From assembly GCA_021810905.1 (NCBI GenBank), contig JAJZQH010000007.1, forward strand, positions 70,455 through 134,454: 64,000 nt of DNA, read 5' to 3'. Position 1 is the first letter of the stretch; every line of letters begins with the position of its first letter. The translations under genes were made by a program, and so were the position numbers. This stretch comes from a bacterium (lineage in GTDB: Bacteria; UBA10199; 2-02-FULL-44-16; JAAZCA01). The notes below the pieces were generated by a model that worked only from the letters and a program-made list of their open reading frames with translations, made no database searches and had not been told where the DNA came from. Of this stretch, positions 53,129-62,068 are shown one piece after another.

Positions 53129-54421
53129 TCAAGGATTCACCTTAAACTCCACCCTGCGATTCATCGCGCGGCCCTCTTTAGTTTTGTTATCGCCGACAGG
53201 ATTCGCGCCGTCGTTGCCCTGCACGGAGATCCGCTCCGCCGCTATGCCGCTCTCAACGAGATAGGCCTTCATCCTGTTTGCACGCGTAATGGAGAGACGC
53301 GTGTTGTACCGCTTGCTGCCGATGCTGTCCGTGTAGCCTGTGATCGTGATCTTTGCATCGGGCGCTTTTTTGAGCGCGTCCACCACTTTGATCGCTGTCT
53401 CCGCGTCGGCCAGGGTAGCAAAATCCTTGTTGTTGAACGAGAAGTGCACGACCGCGCCCCTCACGTCGTCAAGCGGATCCTTCACCGGCGCAGCAGTCGC
53501 CTGCTTTTTCTCATGTACCGGGGAGCGGTAGACCACGCCGAGGAAGGTCCTGAAGATTGGCGCGCCGGAGCCGCGGATCAGCCCGGCTCCGCCGCCTGCG
53601 TCTACCGTAACACCGCTCTCACCCACGGCGTATTTCACACCGAGATCAGCCTCAATCGGCGACTCCTCTTTGTTGGCGAAGAGATCGGAGAGCTTCGCCC
53701 TGCCCCAGACCTCGGCAGCTATTGATAATTCTTTCGTCGCATCGACAGAAGTGCCCAATCCGTAGAGCAGCTGATTGCTCTGCTCGATGCCGACCGCCGT
53801 GAACTTCGGACGCGCGAGAGCGCCGGCGTTTAGGGCTATGCGCCAGCGATCCACCGGCATGAACTCGACGATCAGTTTTCCGCCGCCGGTCACTCCGCCC
53901 GCGCCGTTGAAGTATTTTCCCGAGCCCGAGGGCAGCGTCATGAAAGGCAGGATCGCAAATCCGATCCTGTGATCGCGCACCTTGACGAGCTCGCTCTTGA
54001 AATTGAGCAGCACGTCGCCCATGGCCATCTTGTTCTGAGACGTGGCCACGGCGACATTGGGATCTGTATACGTCAGCCACCACGCCACCGGCACGTCCAC
54101 GCCGAACTCCAGCCAGCGTCCGATGAGCCCCACCGCTCCGTGCGCGTCCTGAATCAGCGCGTCGTCTATTATGCCCCTTACGCGTGCGCCGTTCTGCGTG
54201 AGCTGAAACAGATGATATGCGTAGTTGCCGGTCGTGCCCACGACCCACTGCCACTGCTCGAGCCCCTCGCTCCCGTAGACGGTGAAATACGGCCCGCCGT
54301 CCGTTGCCGGATGAAATGACGATGCCTCGAAACCCTTGGTAAGGGCCGAGGCATGAGGCGCGCAAAGCATTAAGCTGAGGGCAACAACGAAAAGAGAAAC
54401 AAAAAAGCGAAGTCTACGCAT
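53129..54421 (-). CDS. OmpA-family outer-membrane protein
   Basis: Signal is MRRLRFFVSLFVVALSLMLCAPHASA. The C-terminal OmpA_C domain reads ITGYTDSIGSKRYNTRLSITRANRMKAYLV..G.....I...G.G...P...N.T.EGRA.NRRVEF. Confidence 0.8.
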   Translation of the reverse strand: MRRLRFFVSLFVVALSLMLCAPHASALTKGFEASSFHPATDGGPYFTVYGSEGLEQWQWVVGTTGNYAYHLFQLTQNGARVRGIIDDALIQDAHGAVGLIGRWLEFGVDVPVAWWLTYTDPNVAVATSQNKMAMGDVLLNFKSELVKVRDHRIGFAILPFMTLPSGSGKYFNGAGGVTGGGKLIVEFMPVDRWRIALNAGALARPKFTAVGIEQSNQLLYGLGTSVDATKELSIAAEVWGRAKLSDLFANKEESPIEADLGVKYAVGESGVTVDAGGGAGLIRGSGAPIFRTFLGVVYRSPVHEKKQATAAPVKDPLDDVRGAVVHFSFNNKDFATLADAETAIKVVDALKKAPDAKITITGYTDSIGSKRYNTRLSITRANRMKAYLVESGIAAERISVQGNDGANPVGDNKTKEGRAMNRRVEFKVNP

Positions 54422-54491
54422 GATCCCCCCTGCCTCATAGATGTGAGGCATCATATTAGAGGGGACGAAGAACCTAGTCAACGACTGAGGA

Positions 54492-55778
54492 TCAGATCTT
54501 CTCGAGCCCGCGCCCCATCTCCTCGATGAGCATCTCCGGCTCTTCGAGACCGCAGGCCACGCGCACCCCGCCTGGATCTATTCCAGCGCGAATCTGATCC
54601 TCAGGCGATATCGCGGAGTGCGTCATCGACGAAGGATGTTCTATGAGCGTCTTGCAGTGGCCCAGGCTCACCGCGAGCGTGTATGAGAGCGCGTGCTCGG
54701 CCAGCCAATCCATCAGCTTCGCGCCCTTTGACCTCGCTTCTTTTGGAGAGCCCTTAAGCACGAAGTAGAGTATTGAAGACGGAGCAAAAGAACCGTCGTA
54801 GCTGCGCATCTGTTTGCGCGCGAGTTCATATTGCGGGTGAGTCTCCAGACCGGGATAGAGGACCTTCTCCACCTTCGGGTGCTGGGCGAGAAACGCCGCG
54901 AGTTTACCCGCCGTAGACATGGTCTGCCGCAAGCGCGTAGCGAGGCTCGGCAGGCCGTAGACGAGGAATGGCCATGCGTGCCTGCCTGAGAGCACGCCGC
55001 CGAAGTCCTTGCGATAGAGCATGATGTCGCGAAAAAATTTTTTCGGTCCTATCACTACTCCGCCCATGTCCGTGCCAAATCCTGACAAATGCTTTGTGAG
55101 GCTGGCCACAACGAAATCAACGCCGAATTCAATCGGCCGCTGGCAGAACGGGCTCGCGAACGTGTTGTCCACGATCACGAGCACCTTCTCGTCTTCTCCG
55201 CGCTTCTCGTTGATCTTCGCCACTTCCTTGCAGACCGCTTCTATGTCGATGAGTTCGAGAGTCGGATTTACGGGAGTTTCAAAATATACCAGGCGCGTGG
55301 TGGGACGCACGAGCGACGTGATATCCGCGCCATTGAGGTGAGCGAAGGTGACGCCCACTCCGCGCTTTGGCATCCAGTTGGTGAATAGCGAGTAGGTGCA
55401 GCCGTAGATGGAATCGTTGGAGATGATATGATCGCCCGCCCTGGTGAGCGCGCAGGTGAGTGCGGAGATAGCGGCCATGCCGGTTGAAAACGCGATGCCC
55501 ACCTCTCCGCGCTCCGCCTCCGCGAGCCGGTCTTCGAGCATGCCGGTGGTCGGCTCGTCGATGCGCTCGTAGATGTAGATCGGCTCTTCGGTCATGGCGT
55601 CGTAGTCGCCGAACTGCGCAAATCCCTTTGCCCCGCGCTCGACGGAGCCCACGCGGTAGATCACTGAAGCGGTCATCGGCGGCACGACGTGATGGCTGTA
55701 ATCCCAGCGGGGCGTCACGTCCTCGCCGTGTATCAGGAATGCCTCCATGTGCTTGGGATGATCTTTGGTGTGGGTCAT
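54492..55778 (-). CDS. Cys/Met-metabolism PLP-dependent enzyme (O-acetylhomoserine sulfhydrylase / methionine gamma-lyase family)
   Basis: FSTGMAAI, DNTFASP and SLTKHLSGFG (PLP lysine), plus C-terminal SLG..KTLIEHPSSMTHS. Start is taken at the ATG after GGAGGAG. Confidence 0.85.
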   Translation of the reverse strand: MTHTKDHPKHMEAFLIHGEDVTPRWDYSHHVVPPMTASVIYRVGSVERGAKGFAQFGDYDAMTEEPIYIYERIDEPTTGMLEDRLAEAERGEVGIAFSTGMAAISALTCALTRAGDHIISNDSIYGCTYSLFTNWMPKRGVGVTFAHLNGADITSLVRPTTRLVYFETPVNPTLELIDIEAVCKEVAKINEKRGEDEKVLVIVDNTFASPFCQRPIEFGVDFVVASLTKHLSGFGTDMGGVVIGPKKFFRDIMLYRKDFGGVLSGRHAWPFLVYGLPSLATRLRQTMSTAGKLAAFLAQHPKVEKVLYPGLETHPQYELARKQMRSYDGSFAPSSILYFVLKGSPKEARSKGAKLMDWLAEHALSYTLAVSLGHCKTLIEHPSSMTHSAISPEDQIRAGIDPGGVRVACGLEEPEMLIEEMGRGLEKI

Positions 55779-55873
55779 AGGTGTCTCCTCCATTGCAGAC
55801 TCGGTATATTCAGCTCGCTACCAGATGGTACTGGCGATGTAAACATGCACGGCTACTGCGCCAGAAACGCAGT

Positions 55874-56086
55874 CTACGTGCCGCGGAGGACGCGCCAGCT
55901 CCGTGCCACAAAGAACGCGCGGCTCCCGCCCTCCCGGCGAATGAGCAAGCTACGTGCCACAGAGTACGCGCCGGTCCTGTCCCCTCGGCGGACGAGTCGA
56001 CACCGAGTGATCATCAGTGCATGCGGCTAACGGTAGAGTACTCGCCGCTGCGTTCCAGTTCGTCCGGCGAGGGGACAGGACCGGCG
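55874..56086. repeat. repeat-dense block: four direct degenerate ~24-nt units plus a 27-nt inverted repeat
   Basis: Units are CTACGTGCCGCGGAGGACGCGCC, CTCCGTGCCACAAAGAACGCGCGG, CTACGTGCCACAGAGTACGCGCCGG and GGTAGAGTACTCGCCG. CGCCGGTCCTGTCCCCTCGGCGGACGA (55969-55995) pairs with TCGTCCGGCGAGGGGACAGGACCGGCG (56060-56086). A related unit occurs at 26623-26649. Confidence 0.75.
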
Positions 56087-56274
56087 CTTGCTATGTGCCT
56101 CTCCGCAGTCGTTAAAAGCACAAGGCAAGCGAGGCCGGAGGGGCAGCCGTGGAGCGATCGGGAACGCGTTGACGGAGAATGAAACGTTAGCCATATGAGC
56201 TTGCAGTATTTCGTGTCGACTCGCGGAGCGGCAGACCCCCCTGCCTCGCGTCGTCTATAGCAGAGCGCACGGAA

Positions 56275-57090
56275 TCAGCGCGTGCGATTGTGCGGACATG
56301 CCTCCTGGCAGAGGTCGCAGCCGTAGGAATACCGCGATTCGTGACTCGTGACTCGTGACTCGCAACCACGCTCGATGGTGAGATACGAGATGCAGCGGCG
56401 GGCGTCTAGCATCCGCGGTGCGAGGAGAGCCTTTGTGGGGCATGCGTCGATGCATGCCCTGCAATCGCCGCATTGATTATCAACCGGTGCGTCTGATTCG
56501 ATCTCGATATCGGTTATTATCTCGCCGAGCACGAACCACGAGCCTAGTTCACGGTTCAAGAGCAGCGTGTGCCCGCCGATCCATCCCAGCCCCGCACGCG
56601 CCGCGAGCGCCTTTTCCATGATTGGACTTGAGTCCACGCATAATTTCGCGCGCGCATCCGGAGCATGCTGCCTGATGGCGTCCCAGAGCTGTTCGAGTTT
56701 TTCGCGAACGACCAGATGATAGTCAGCCCCGCGCGCAAACCTGGCACGCCGATCTTTTTCTCCTCCCCTTTGTAAGGGGAGGATGGGAGGGGTAGATCCC
56801 GCGCGATCTACCTCCCCCATCCCCTCCTTACAAAGGAGGGGAGAACTTTTTATTTCAATTCCATCTTCCCCATACCCCAGCGCACAGCATATCACACTCT
56901 TCGCGCCGGTTAGAAGGCTGCGCGGATCGCAGCGAGCTTCGGGATTTCGCGCGAGCCATGCCATCGCGCCGATCCTGTTCTCTTCAATCGCGCACTGCAG
57001 ATGCGTCACTCCATCGACAGGTTCGGCTGCAGTGACGCCGACCAGCGCAAAGCCAAGGGTTTTTGCGGTCGATATGATCGTTGATTTCAT
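56275..57090 (-). CDS. queG: epoxyqueuosine reductase, apparently C-terminally short and carrying two repeat-derived segments
   Basis: ARFARGADYH, VDSSPIMEKALAARAGLGWIGGHTLLLNRELGSWFVLGEI, CGDCRACIDACPT, DARRCISYLTIE and GCDLCQEACPHNR. The protein ends 3 aa after CPHNR. Confidence 0.8.
   Translation of the reverse strand: MKSTIISTAKTLGFALVGVTAAEPVDGVTHLQCAIEENRIGAMAWLARNPEARCDPRSLLTGAKSVICCALGYGEDGIEIKSSPLLCKEGMGEVDRAGSTPPILPLQRGGEKDRRARFARGADYHLVVREKLEQLWDAIRQHAPDARAKLCVDSSPIMEKALAARAGLGWIGGHTLLLNRELGSWFVLGEIITDIEIESDAPVDNQCGDCRACIDACPTKALLAPRMLDARRCISYLTIERGCESRVTSHESRYSYGCDLCQEACPHNRTR
56759..56846. repeat. palindromic CCCCTTTGTAAGGGGAGG...GATC...CCCCTCCTTACAAAGGAGGGG element inserted in-frame in queG
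   Basis: It belongs to the same family as 13324-13402 and is translated as SSPLLCKEGMGEVDRAGSTPPILPLQRGGE within QueG. Confidence 0.8.
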
Positions 57091-57118
57091 TGCTACACTG
57101 GAAGTGGCGCGCAGTCCT

Positions 57119-59233
57119 TTACGACTGCTGCAGATCTCCCGGGAATACGATTGTAAATGTGCTGCCCTCGCCGAAAACGCTCTGCACATCTATTGTCCCG
57201 TGATGCGCCTCAACTATCTGCTTGCATATTATGAGGCCAAGCCCGGATCCCTTTATGCCCACGGTGTCCTTGCTGTAGATCTGGCCGAAGGCAAGGAAGA
57301 GCTTTGGCAGATCTTCTTGCTTGATTCCAATGCCAGTATCGGAAACCCTGATCAGCACTTTGTGATCCGCGCGCTCCAGCGCGAGTTTCACCGACCCGGT
57401 TTCTTTTGTGAACTTCAAAGAATTTGTCACCAGGTTGGTTATCACCTGCCGCATCCTGTCTTCGTCGCAGGTCGCCAAAAGCCCCTTCTCAGGAAGATCG
57501 AGAGAAAGTGCGATACCCCTTTTCTCCGCCACTGGTTTCATACTCATATAGATCTCGCGCATGAGCGAACCCAGATCCGTGTTGGCAAAGTGCATCTCCA
57601 TCTTTCCCGATTCCAGCTTCGCGAAGTCGAGTACGTCGGTAGTGAGGCTCACAAGCCTGTCGATATTCCTCGTGGCGATTCCAAGCGTGCGCTGCTGCTG
57701 CTCGTTGATCGGACCGTTCATCCCTTCCAGCACTATGGCCAGCGCCTCTTTGATAGCCGCAAGCGGCGTGCGAAGTTCGTGGGAGACCATGGACGTGAGT
57801 TCGCTCTTCATGTTGCTGGTGCGAATGAGTTCCTCGCCAGCAAGTTTGATCTTTTCCTCTGCGAGCTTGCGCTCGGTAATGTCGATGAAGCTCTCCACAA
57901 GATATCTGCGGCCCTTGATAATTATACCGCTCACGGATTTAATAATGGGAATTGATCTTCCGTCCGCGGCAAGAAGTTCTCTCTCTGAATTGTCCACCGT
58001 CTGATGAAGGTCCGTCACCGGGCACTTCCCTGTTTCCGCCGGGCATACGAATTGCTGACAGTTTAAGCCGACGATCTCTTCCCTCGGAAGGCCGATCATC
58101 GCGGCAGCGGCCGGATTGAGGTCCGCTATCACATGGCTCTCGGCGTCGATAATCATAAAGCCGGCCTGAGTGGAGTTCAGTATGGCATCCAGCCGCTTCT
58201 CATTCTGCGCCAGTTCATTTTGTGAATGCTCCAGCGAATCGAGCATGCCGTTTATCGACTCTGAGAGCATTCCCAACTCATCGCTGCCGCGCGCTGCAAC
58301 TCTCTTTGACACGTCGCCGCTGGCAGCAACATCGCCCAGATCGTGGTTCAGCGCCGCAACGCGCGAGAGCACCATCGTGTCGATAATAAAGATAACCAGC
58401 AGGATGAATACGAGGTTGATGCCTGCCAATATAAAGCCCAGCGAAGCAAGTGCCCTCTCGCCGAGCATTGCGATCTCGCGAGGCATCTTGACCTCTATTA
58501 CTATCGCAGGATTGCCTTCGATATCTGTTAGCGTTGCATACGCCGTGATAGCGCCGTCATTCGGCTCGCTCGTAGTCACGCCCGCCGGGCGGGAGGGAAT
58601 GCCGGCCTCGCCAAAGCGGTGAATCGCGATCTGCTGATGAGTGACCGCTGAGAGCCGTTCTATCTCGCTCTTATTCAGCCACCGGCCCATCATGAGCAAT
58701 CCGCGCGGAGTGCCCATGCCTTCGCTGGTGAGTATGGGTTTTGCGGCGAACATCATCGGTCCATCCGGAAGCATCAGGATGCCGGAGGAACCATCGGTCC
58801 AATGACGCATGATCGATTTTTCCGGCAGCAGCTCGTCCATCAGTCCCGGGGGAAGGGGCTGCGATTCGCTTTCTTCGAGGTCAAAGAACTTTCCCTCGAC
58901 CATCTTCCCGGAGGGATCGACAAAAACGATGAGGTTCACGCCCAGCGAAGAAAATGCGTTTTCCGTCATATTTATTTTGAGGAATCTCTTATTCCGATCG
59001 TTCATGAACTCGTAACTGTCGTCCCAGTTCGCCCAGTCGCCCACCGATTTTTTTAACTGAAAGATCGCCGTATAGATCGCATCGACTGCGCGGCCTTCGT
59101 TAACGACGGCCTCGCGCACTTCGAGGTCGTGGGTCGCCTGCCTGATCATGATGGAAGCCGATTCAAATATCGCAACGAACAATAAGACGAGCACGACGCC
59201 TATCGCCAGGATGGTTTTTTTGCGAAGAGTCAT
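57119..59233 (-). CDS. sensor histidine kinase (TM, CHASE4-like periplasmic domain, HAMP, PAS, HisKA, HATPase)
   Basis: DWANWDDSYEF is CHASE4-like. A second TM and a HAMP follow. PAS: GFMIIDAESHVIADLNPAAAAMIG. H-box: SHELRTPL. N/G boxes: NLVTNSLKFT, DTGIGI, GSGLGL. Confidence 0.9.
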   Translation of the reverse strand: MTLRKKTILAIGVVLVLLFVAIFESASIMIRQATHDLEVREAVVNEGRAVDAIYTAIFQLKKSVGDWANWDDSYEFMNDRNKRFLKINMTENAFSSLGVNLIVFVDPSGKMVEGKFFDLEESESQPLPPGLMDELLPEKSIMRHWTDGSSGILMLPDGPMMFAAKPILTSEGMGTPRGLLMMGRWLNKSEIERLSAVTHQQIAIHRFGEAGIPSRPAGVTTSEPNDGAITAYATLTDIEGNPAIVIEVKMPREIAMLGERALASLGFILAGINLVFILLVIFIIDTMVLSRVAALNHDLGDVAASGDVSKRVAARGSDELGMLSESINGMLDSLEHSQNELAQNEKRLDAILNSTQAGFMIIDAESHVIADLNPAAAAMIGLPREEIVGLNCQQFVCPAETGKCPVTDLHQTVDNSERELLAADGRSIPIIKSVSGIIIKGRRYLVESFIDITERKLAEEKIKLAGEELIRTSNMKSELTSMVSHELRTPLAAIKEALAIVLEGMNGPINEQQQRTLGIATRNIDRLVSLTTDVLDFAKLESGKMEMHFANTDLGSLMREIYMSMKPVAEKRGIALSLDLPEKGLLATCDEDRMRQVITNLVTNSLKFTKETGSVKLALERADHKVLIRVSDTGIGIKQEDLPKLFLAFGQIYSKDTVGIKGSGLGLIICKQIVEAHHGTIDVQSVFGEGSTFTIVFPGDLQQS

Positions 59234-59488
59234 ACCGATGTCTCTCTGGTTGCTGCCGTTTCGATAAGGGATTCTACCCGGTTTTGGAATGTTATAATAA
59301 TTGCAAATTAAAGCAAAATCCATGTCCTTTTTCCGACGGAATCAATGACATCCCGGACCGGCAGGCCTTCGACGCGCCGGGCACTATCCTCACTGTTTAG
59401 CCGGAGCAGAGCACTTGCGAGTCAACAATCACCTTGTCTAGCGAACTTCCCGGGTATATGTTGGACACCCATTTTTCAAGGAGGCCTC

Positions 59489-60793
59489 ATGTCCACCATA
59501 AAGACGGGCAGTTTTGATACGGACAACCGTTCAATCCAGTCGATAAGCGCATTTGAAAACGCCCTCAAGCAGTTCGACGCGGCGGCGCAGATTTTGAAAC
59601 TTTCTCCCAACCAGATCGCGGTGATCAAGCAGCCCAGAAAAGTCGTAGAGGTAAAGCTGCCCATAAGAATGGACGACGGGCGAATTGAGGTGTTCACGTC
59701 GTATCGCGTGCAGCACAACATAGCGCGCGGTCCCGCAAAGGGCGGCGTGCGTTTTCACCCGGCGGTCAACCTCGACGAAGTCAAAGCCCTGGCCTTCTGG
59801 ATGACGTTCAAGTGCGCGACGGTGGGCATACCCATGGGCGGCGGCAAGGGCGGCGTTATCGTCGATCCGGCAAAGCTTTCGATGGGAGAGCTCGAGCGCC
59901 TCTCGCGTCGATACTTCGCCGAACTCATCGATATGTTCGGACCGGACCGCGACGTTCCAGCGCCCGACGTTGGCACGAACCCTCAGATCATGTGCTGGTT
60001 CATGGATACCTTCTCGATGCACAACGGAGATTACCTGCCGGCGGTCGTTACGGGAAAACCGCTCGAAGTCGGCGGCTCCGAAGGCAGGGGCGAGGCGACC
60101 GCACAGGGCATGGTCTATTGCCTGCGCGAAGCGGCAAAGCATCTCAAGTTCGACATCAAGAAGGCTTCGGTAGCGGTGCAGGGGTTCGGCAATGCGGGCT
60201 CCAACTCGGCAAAACTCCTCGCAAGCGACGGCGCCAGGATAATCGCCATCTCAGACGTATCGGGCGCGTTCCATAATCCCGATGGCATCGACATCGAGGC
60301 AGCGCTGAAACACGTATCGGAGCACCGCACTCTCAACGGTTTTGAAACTACCGGCAAAGCGGAGCGGATGCACGATCCGATGAAACTGCTCGAGCTGCCG
60401 GTGGATATCCTGATCCCTGCAGCGCTCGAAAATCAGATAACCCACTCAAACGCCGACCGCATACAGGCGCGCGTAATCGCCGAATGCGCAAACGGGCCGA
60501 TCACGCCGAGAGCTGATGAGGTGCTGGACAAAAAAGGCACGTTCATAATCCCCGACATCCTCTGCAATGCAGGCGGCGTCACGGTCTCTTACTTCGAGTG
60601 GGTGCAAAACCGCATGGGCTATTACTGGGACCTGGAACACGTGCAGAGCGATCTCAAACAGATAATGACGCGCTCCTTCCAGAACGTGCTCTCTACGTCT
60701 CTCAAGCATAACATCAGCATGCGCGTCGCGGCATTCGTGCTTGCGATTGAGCGGGTGACGCGCGCCGCCGAGATGCGCGGGCTGTACGCTTGA
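59489..60793 (+). CDS. gdhA: Glu/Leu/Phe/Val-family glutamate dehydrogenase
   Basis: GPAKGGVRFHP, KCATVGIPMGGGKGGV and VQGFGNAGS. Start is at ATG 59489 after AAGGAGG. Confidence 0.95.
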   Translation: MSTIKTGSFDTDNRSIQSISAFENALKQFDAAAQILKLSPNQIAVIKQPRKVVEVKLPIRMDDGRIEVFTSYRVQHNIARGPAKGGVRFHPAVNLDEVKALAFWMTFKCATVGIPMGGGKGGVIVDPAKLSMGELERLSRRYFAELIDMFGPDRDVPAPDVGTNPQIMCWFMDTFSMHNGDYLPAVVTGKPLEVGGSEGRGEATAQGMVYCLREAAKHLKFDIKKASVAVQGFGNAGSNSAKLLASDGARIIAISDVSGAFHNPDGIDIEAALKHVSEHRTLNGFETTGKAERMHDPMKLLELPVDILIPAALENQITHSNADRIQARVIAECANGPITPRADEVLDKKGTFIIPDILCNAGGVTVSYFEWVQNRMGYYWDLEHVQSDLKQIMTRSFQNVLSTSLKHNISMRVAAFVLAIERVTRAAEMRGLYA

Positions 60794-60794
60794 T

Positions 60795-60866
60795 GCCGCG
60801 AGAAACGCAAGCAAGGCTAAAATGTTCGTTGCTGGCGTTTCTCGCGTTGCTGGCCTTGCTGGCGGA
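60795..60866. repeat. CCAGCAA/CGCGAGAAACG-word hairpin (copy B)
   Basis: CGCGAGAAACGCAAGCAAGG pairs with CGTTGCTGGCGTTTCTCGCG, followed by TTGCTGGCCTTGCTGGCGG. It lies directly after the gdh stop. Confidence 0.75.
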
Positions 60867-60956
60867 ATTTTCAATATGCCCATAGATAAAATCGGCTCGT
60901 CAATCCTTGGTCTTCCTCCGGCTTGGATCAGCCGCGCGGTCTCTCGCGGCGGTGCG

Positions 60957-61616
60957 ATGAGCAACACCGACGAGATCCGCAAACTCCTGGGCGAGCCGAT
61001 CCCCAGGGTGGTGGATCAGTCGACATTGCGTCCGGAGATCGCCGCATTCTTTGCTCAAGGCGGATTGCTGGAGCGGCTGCGCAAGAAGCTCTCCATTTTC
61101 TCTCGAAAAAAAGGCGGCAAGATCCTGCCGGCGCACGGAACCATCGCATCCGTCGACGAGGATGATAATCTCTACGTTGGCGTGGATTTTCTGGAACAGT
61201 TTGGCAGCGACGAGCAGCTTGTTGCCGGAATAGTGGCGCATGAGTGGGGTCACATGATGAGCGACCTTCCGCGCGGAGTGGACTGGTCGCATCTGACGTG
61301 GGACGAATTGCACTCGATGCGGCGCGATGAAGAGGCCGACGCGGACGGTTTTGCCGGACGAGCGATGTTCCTGATGCGCTATTCGGTGGAGCCGATGATC
61401 AAATTCCTGGAGGAACTGGACAAACTCAAAAAGGAAAAGACAAAGGCAAAGGAAGAGCTCGCCTGCCACAAGTACCACAATCTCGCCACGCGCATCGCGA
61501 TACTGCGCGAATCGTACGAGGCCGAGAAGCGCGCACTCGAGACGGCGCGCCGGATTTTTCTGCAATCGAAGGATTCAACGGGACCAAAGGTTGGCAGGGT
61601 GATCGGGGACGGATAA
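60957..61616 (+). CDS. putative zinc metallopeptidase (HExxH, M48-like)
   Basis: VAHEWGHMMSD followed by RRDEEADADGFAGRAM (E..AD..A third-ligand-like segment). The C-terminus is a coiled coil. Confidence 0.6.
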   Translation: MSNTDEIRKLLGEPIPRVVDQSTLRPEIAAFFAQGGLLERLRKKLSIFSRKKGGKILPAHGTIASVDEDDNLYVGVDFLEQFGSDEQLVAGIVAHEWGHMMSDLPRGVDWSHLTWDELHSMRRDEEADADGFAGRAMFLMRYSVEPMIKFLEELDKLKKEKTKAKEELACHKYHNLATRIAILRESYEAEKRALETARRIFLQSKDSTGPKVGRVIGDG

Positions 61617-61622
61617 AAAGCT

Positions 61623-61738
61623 CGCCAGCAAGGCAAGCAAAGCCAGCTACGCAAGCAACGTTATAAACGATTTTAAAAAATCGACCTGGTGTTTCCAGCG
61701 TTGCTGGCCTTGCCGGCGTTTCTCGCGTTGCTGGCGCT
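61623..61738. repeat. CCAGCAA-word hairpin (copy C)
   Basis: CGCCAGCAAGGCAAGCAAAGCCAGCTACGCAAGCAACG, then an AT-rich loop, then CCAGCGTTGCTGGCCTTGCCGGCGTTTCTCGCGTTGCTGGCGC. It lies between convergent genes. Confidence 0.75.
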
Positions 61739-61739
61739 T

Positions 61740-62060
61740 CTAGCTTTTAGTGTTATCCTTCAGCCACTTGAAATAATCTTCCAGACCGTCGACAACCGGC
61801 ATTACGAGGAATTCCGGCACTTCATAGCTGTGATTCTTTTCCATAAACGCCTTCAGATTTTTTACGCATTCTTCGCGGGATTTGATGATGAGCATGTGCT
61901 CCATGTCGTTGTGTATCTCGCCGTCCCATTCATAGATCGACTGTATTTTCGGCACTATCTGAACGCAGGCGGCAAGCCTCTCCCTCACCATCCTCTCCGC
62001 CAGCATGCGGGCCTCGCGCTCGTTGTTCGTCGTAGTGATTGCTATGACTGCGTCTTTCAT
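61740..62060 (-). CDS. cutA: divalent-cation tolerance protein CutA
   Basis: AERMVRERLAACVQIVPKIQSIYEWDGEI...HSYEVPEF is the CutA1 signature. Confidence 0.9.
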   Translation of the reverse strand: MKDAVIAITTTNNEREARMLAERMVRERLAACVQIVPKIQSIYEWDGEIHNDMEHMLIIKSREECVKNLKAFMEKNHSYEVPEFLVMPVVDGLEDYFKWLKDNTKS

Positions 62061-62068
62061 CGCCCACC

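Noticed and set aside
55689-56182. ORFs 55689-56030 and 55781-56182 in the queG/PLP-enzyme intergenic block
   Set aside because: They are composed almost entirely of translated direct and inverted repeats (LRATKNA / LRATEYA). There is no start context, and they are more parsimoniously non-coding.
55794-56274. SAM riboswitch upstream of the Cys/Met PLP enzyme gene
   Set aside because: Reading the minus strand, I could not find the SAM-I core (GAGGGA...GGCCC...GCAACC) or SAM-II-like motifs. An Infernal scan would be decisive.
56783-57955. 390-aa plus-strand ORF spanning the queG 5' part and the histidine kinase 3' part
   Set aside because: It crosses two well-supported minus-strand genes and begins inside the palindromic repeat. 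It has no motifs.
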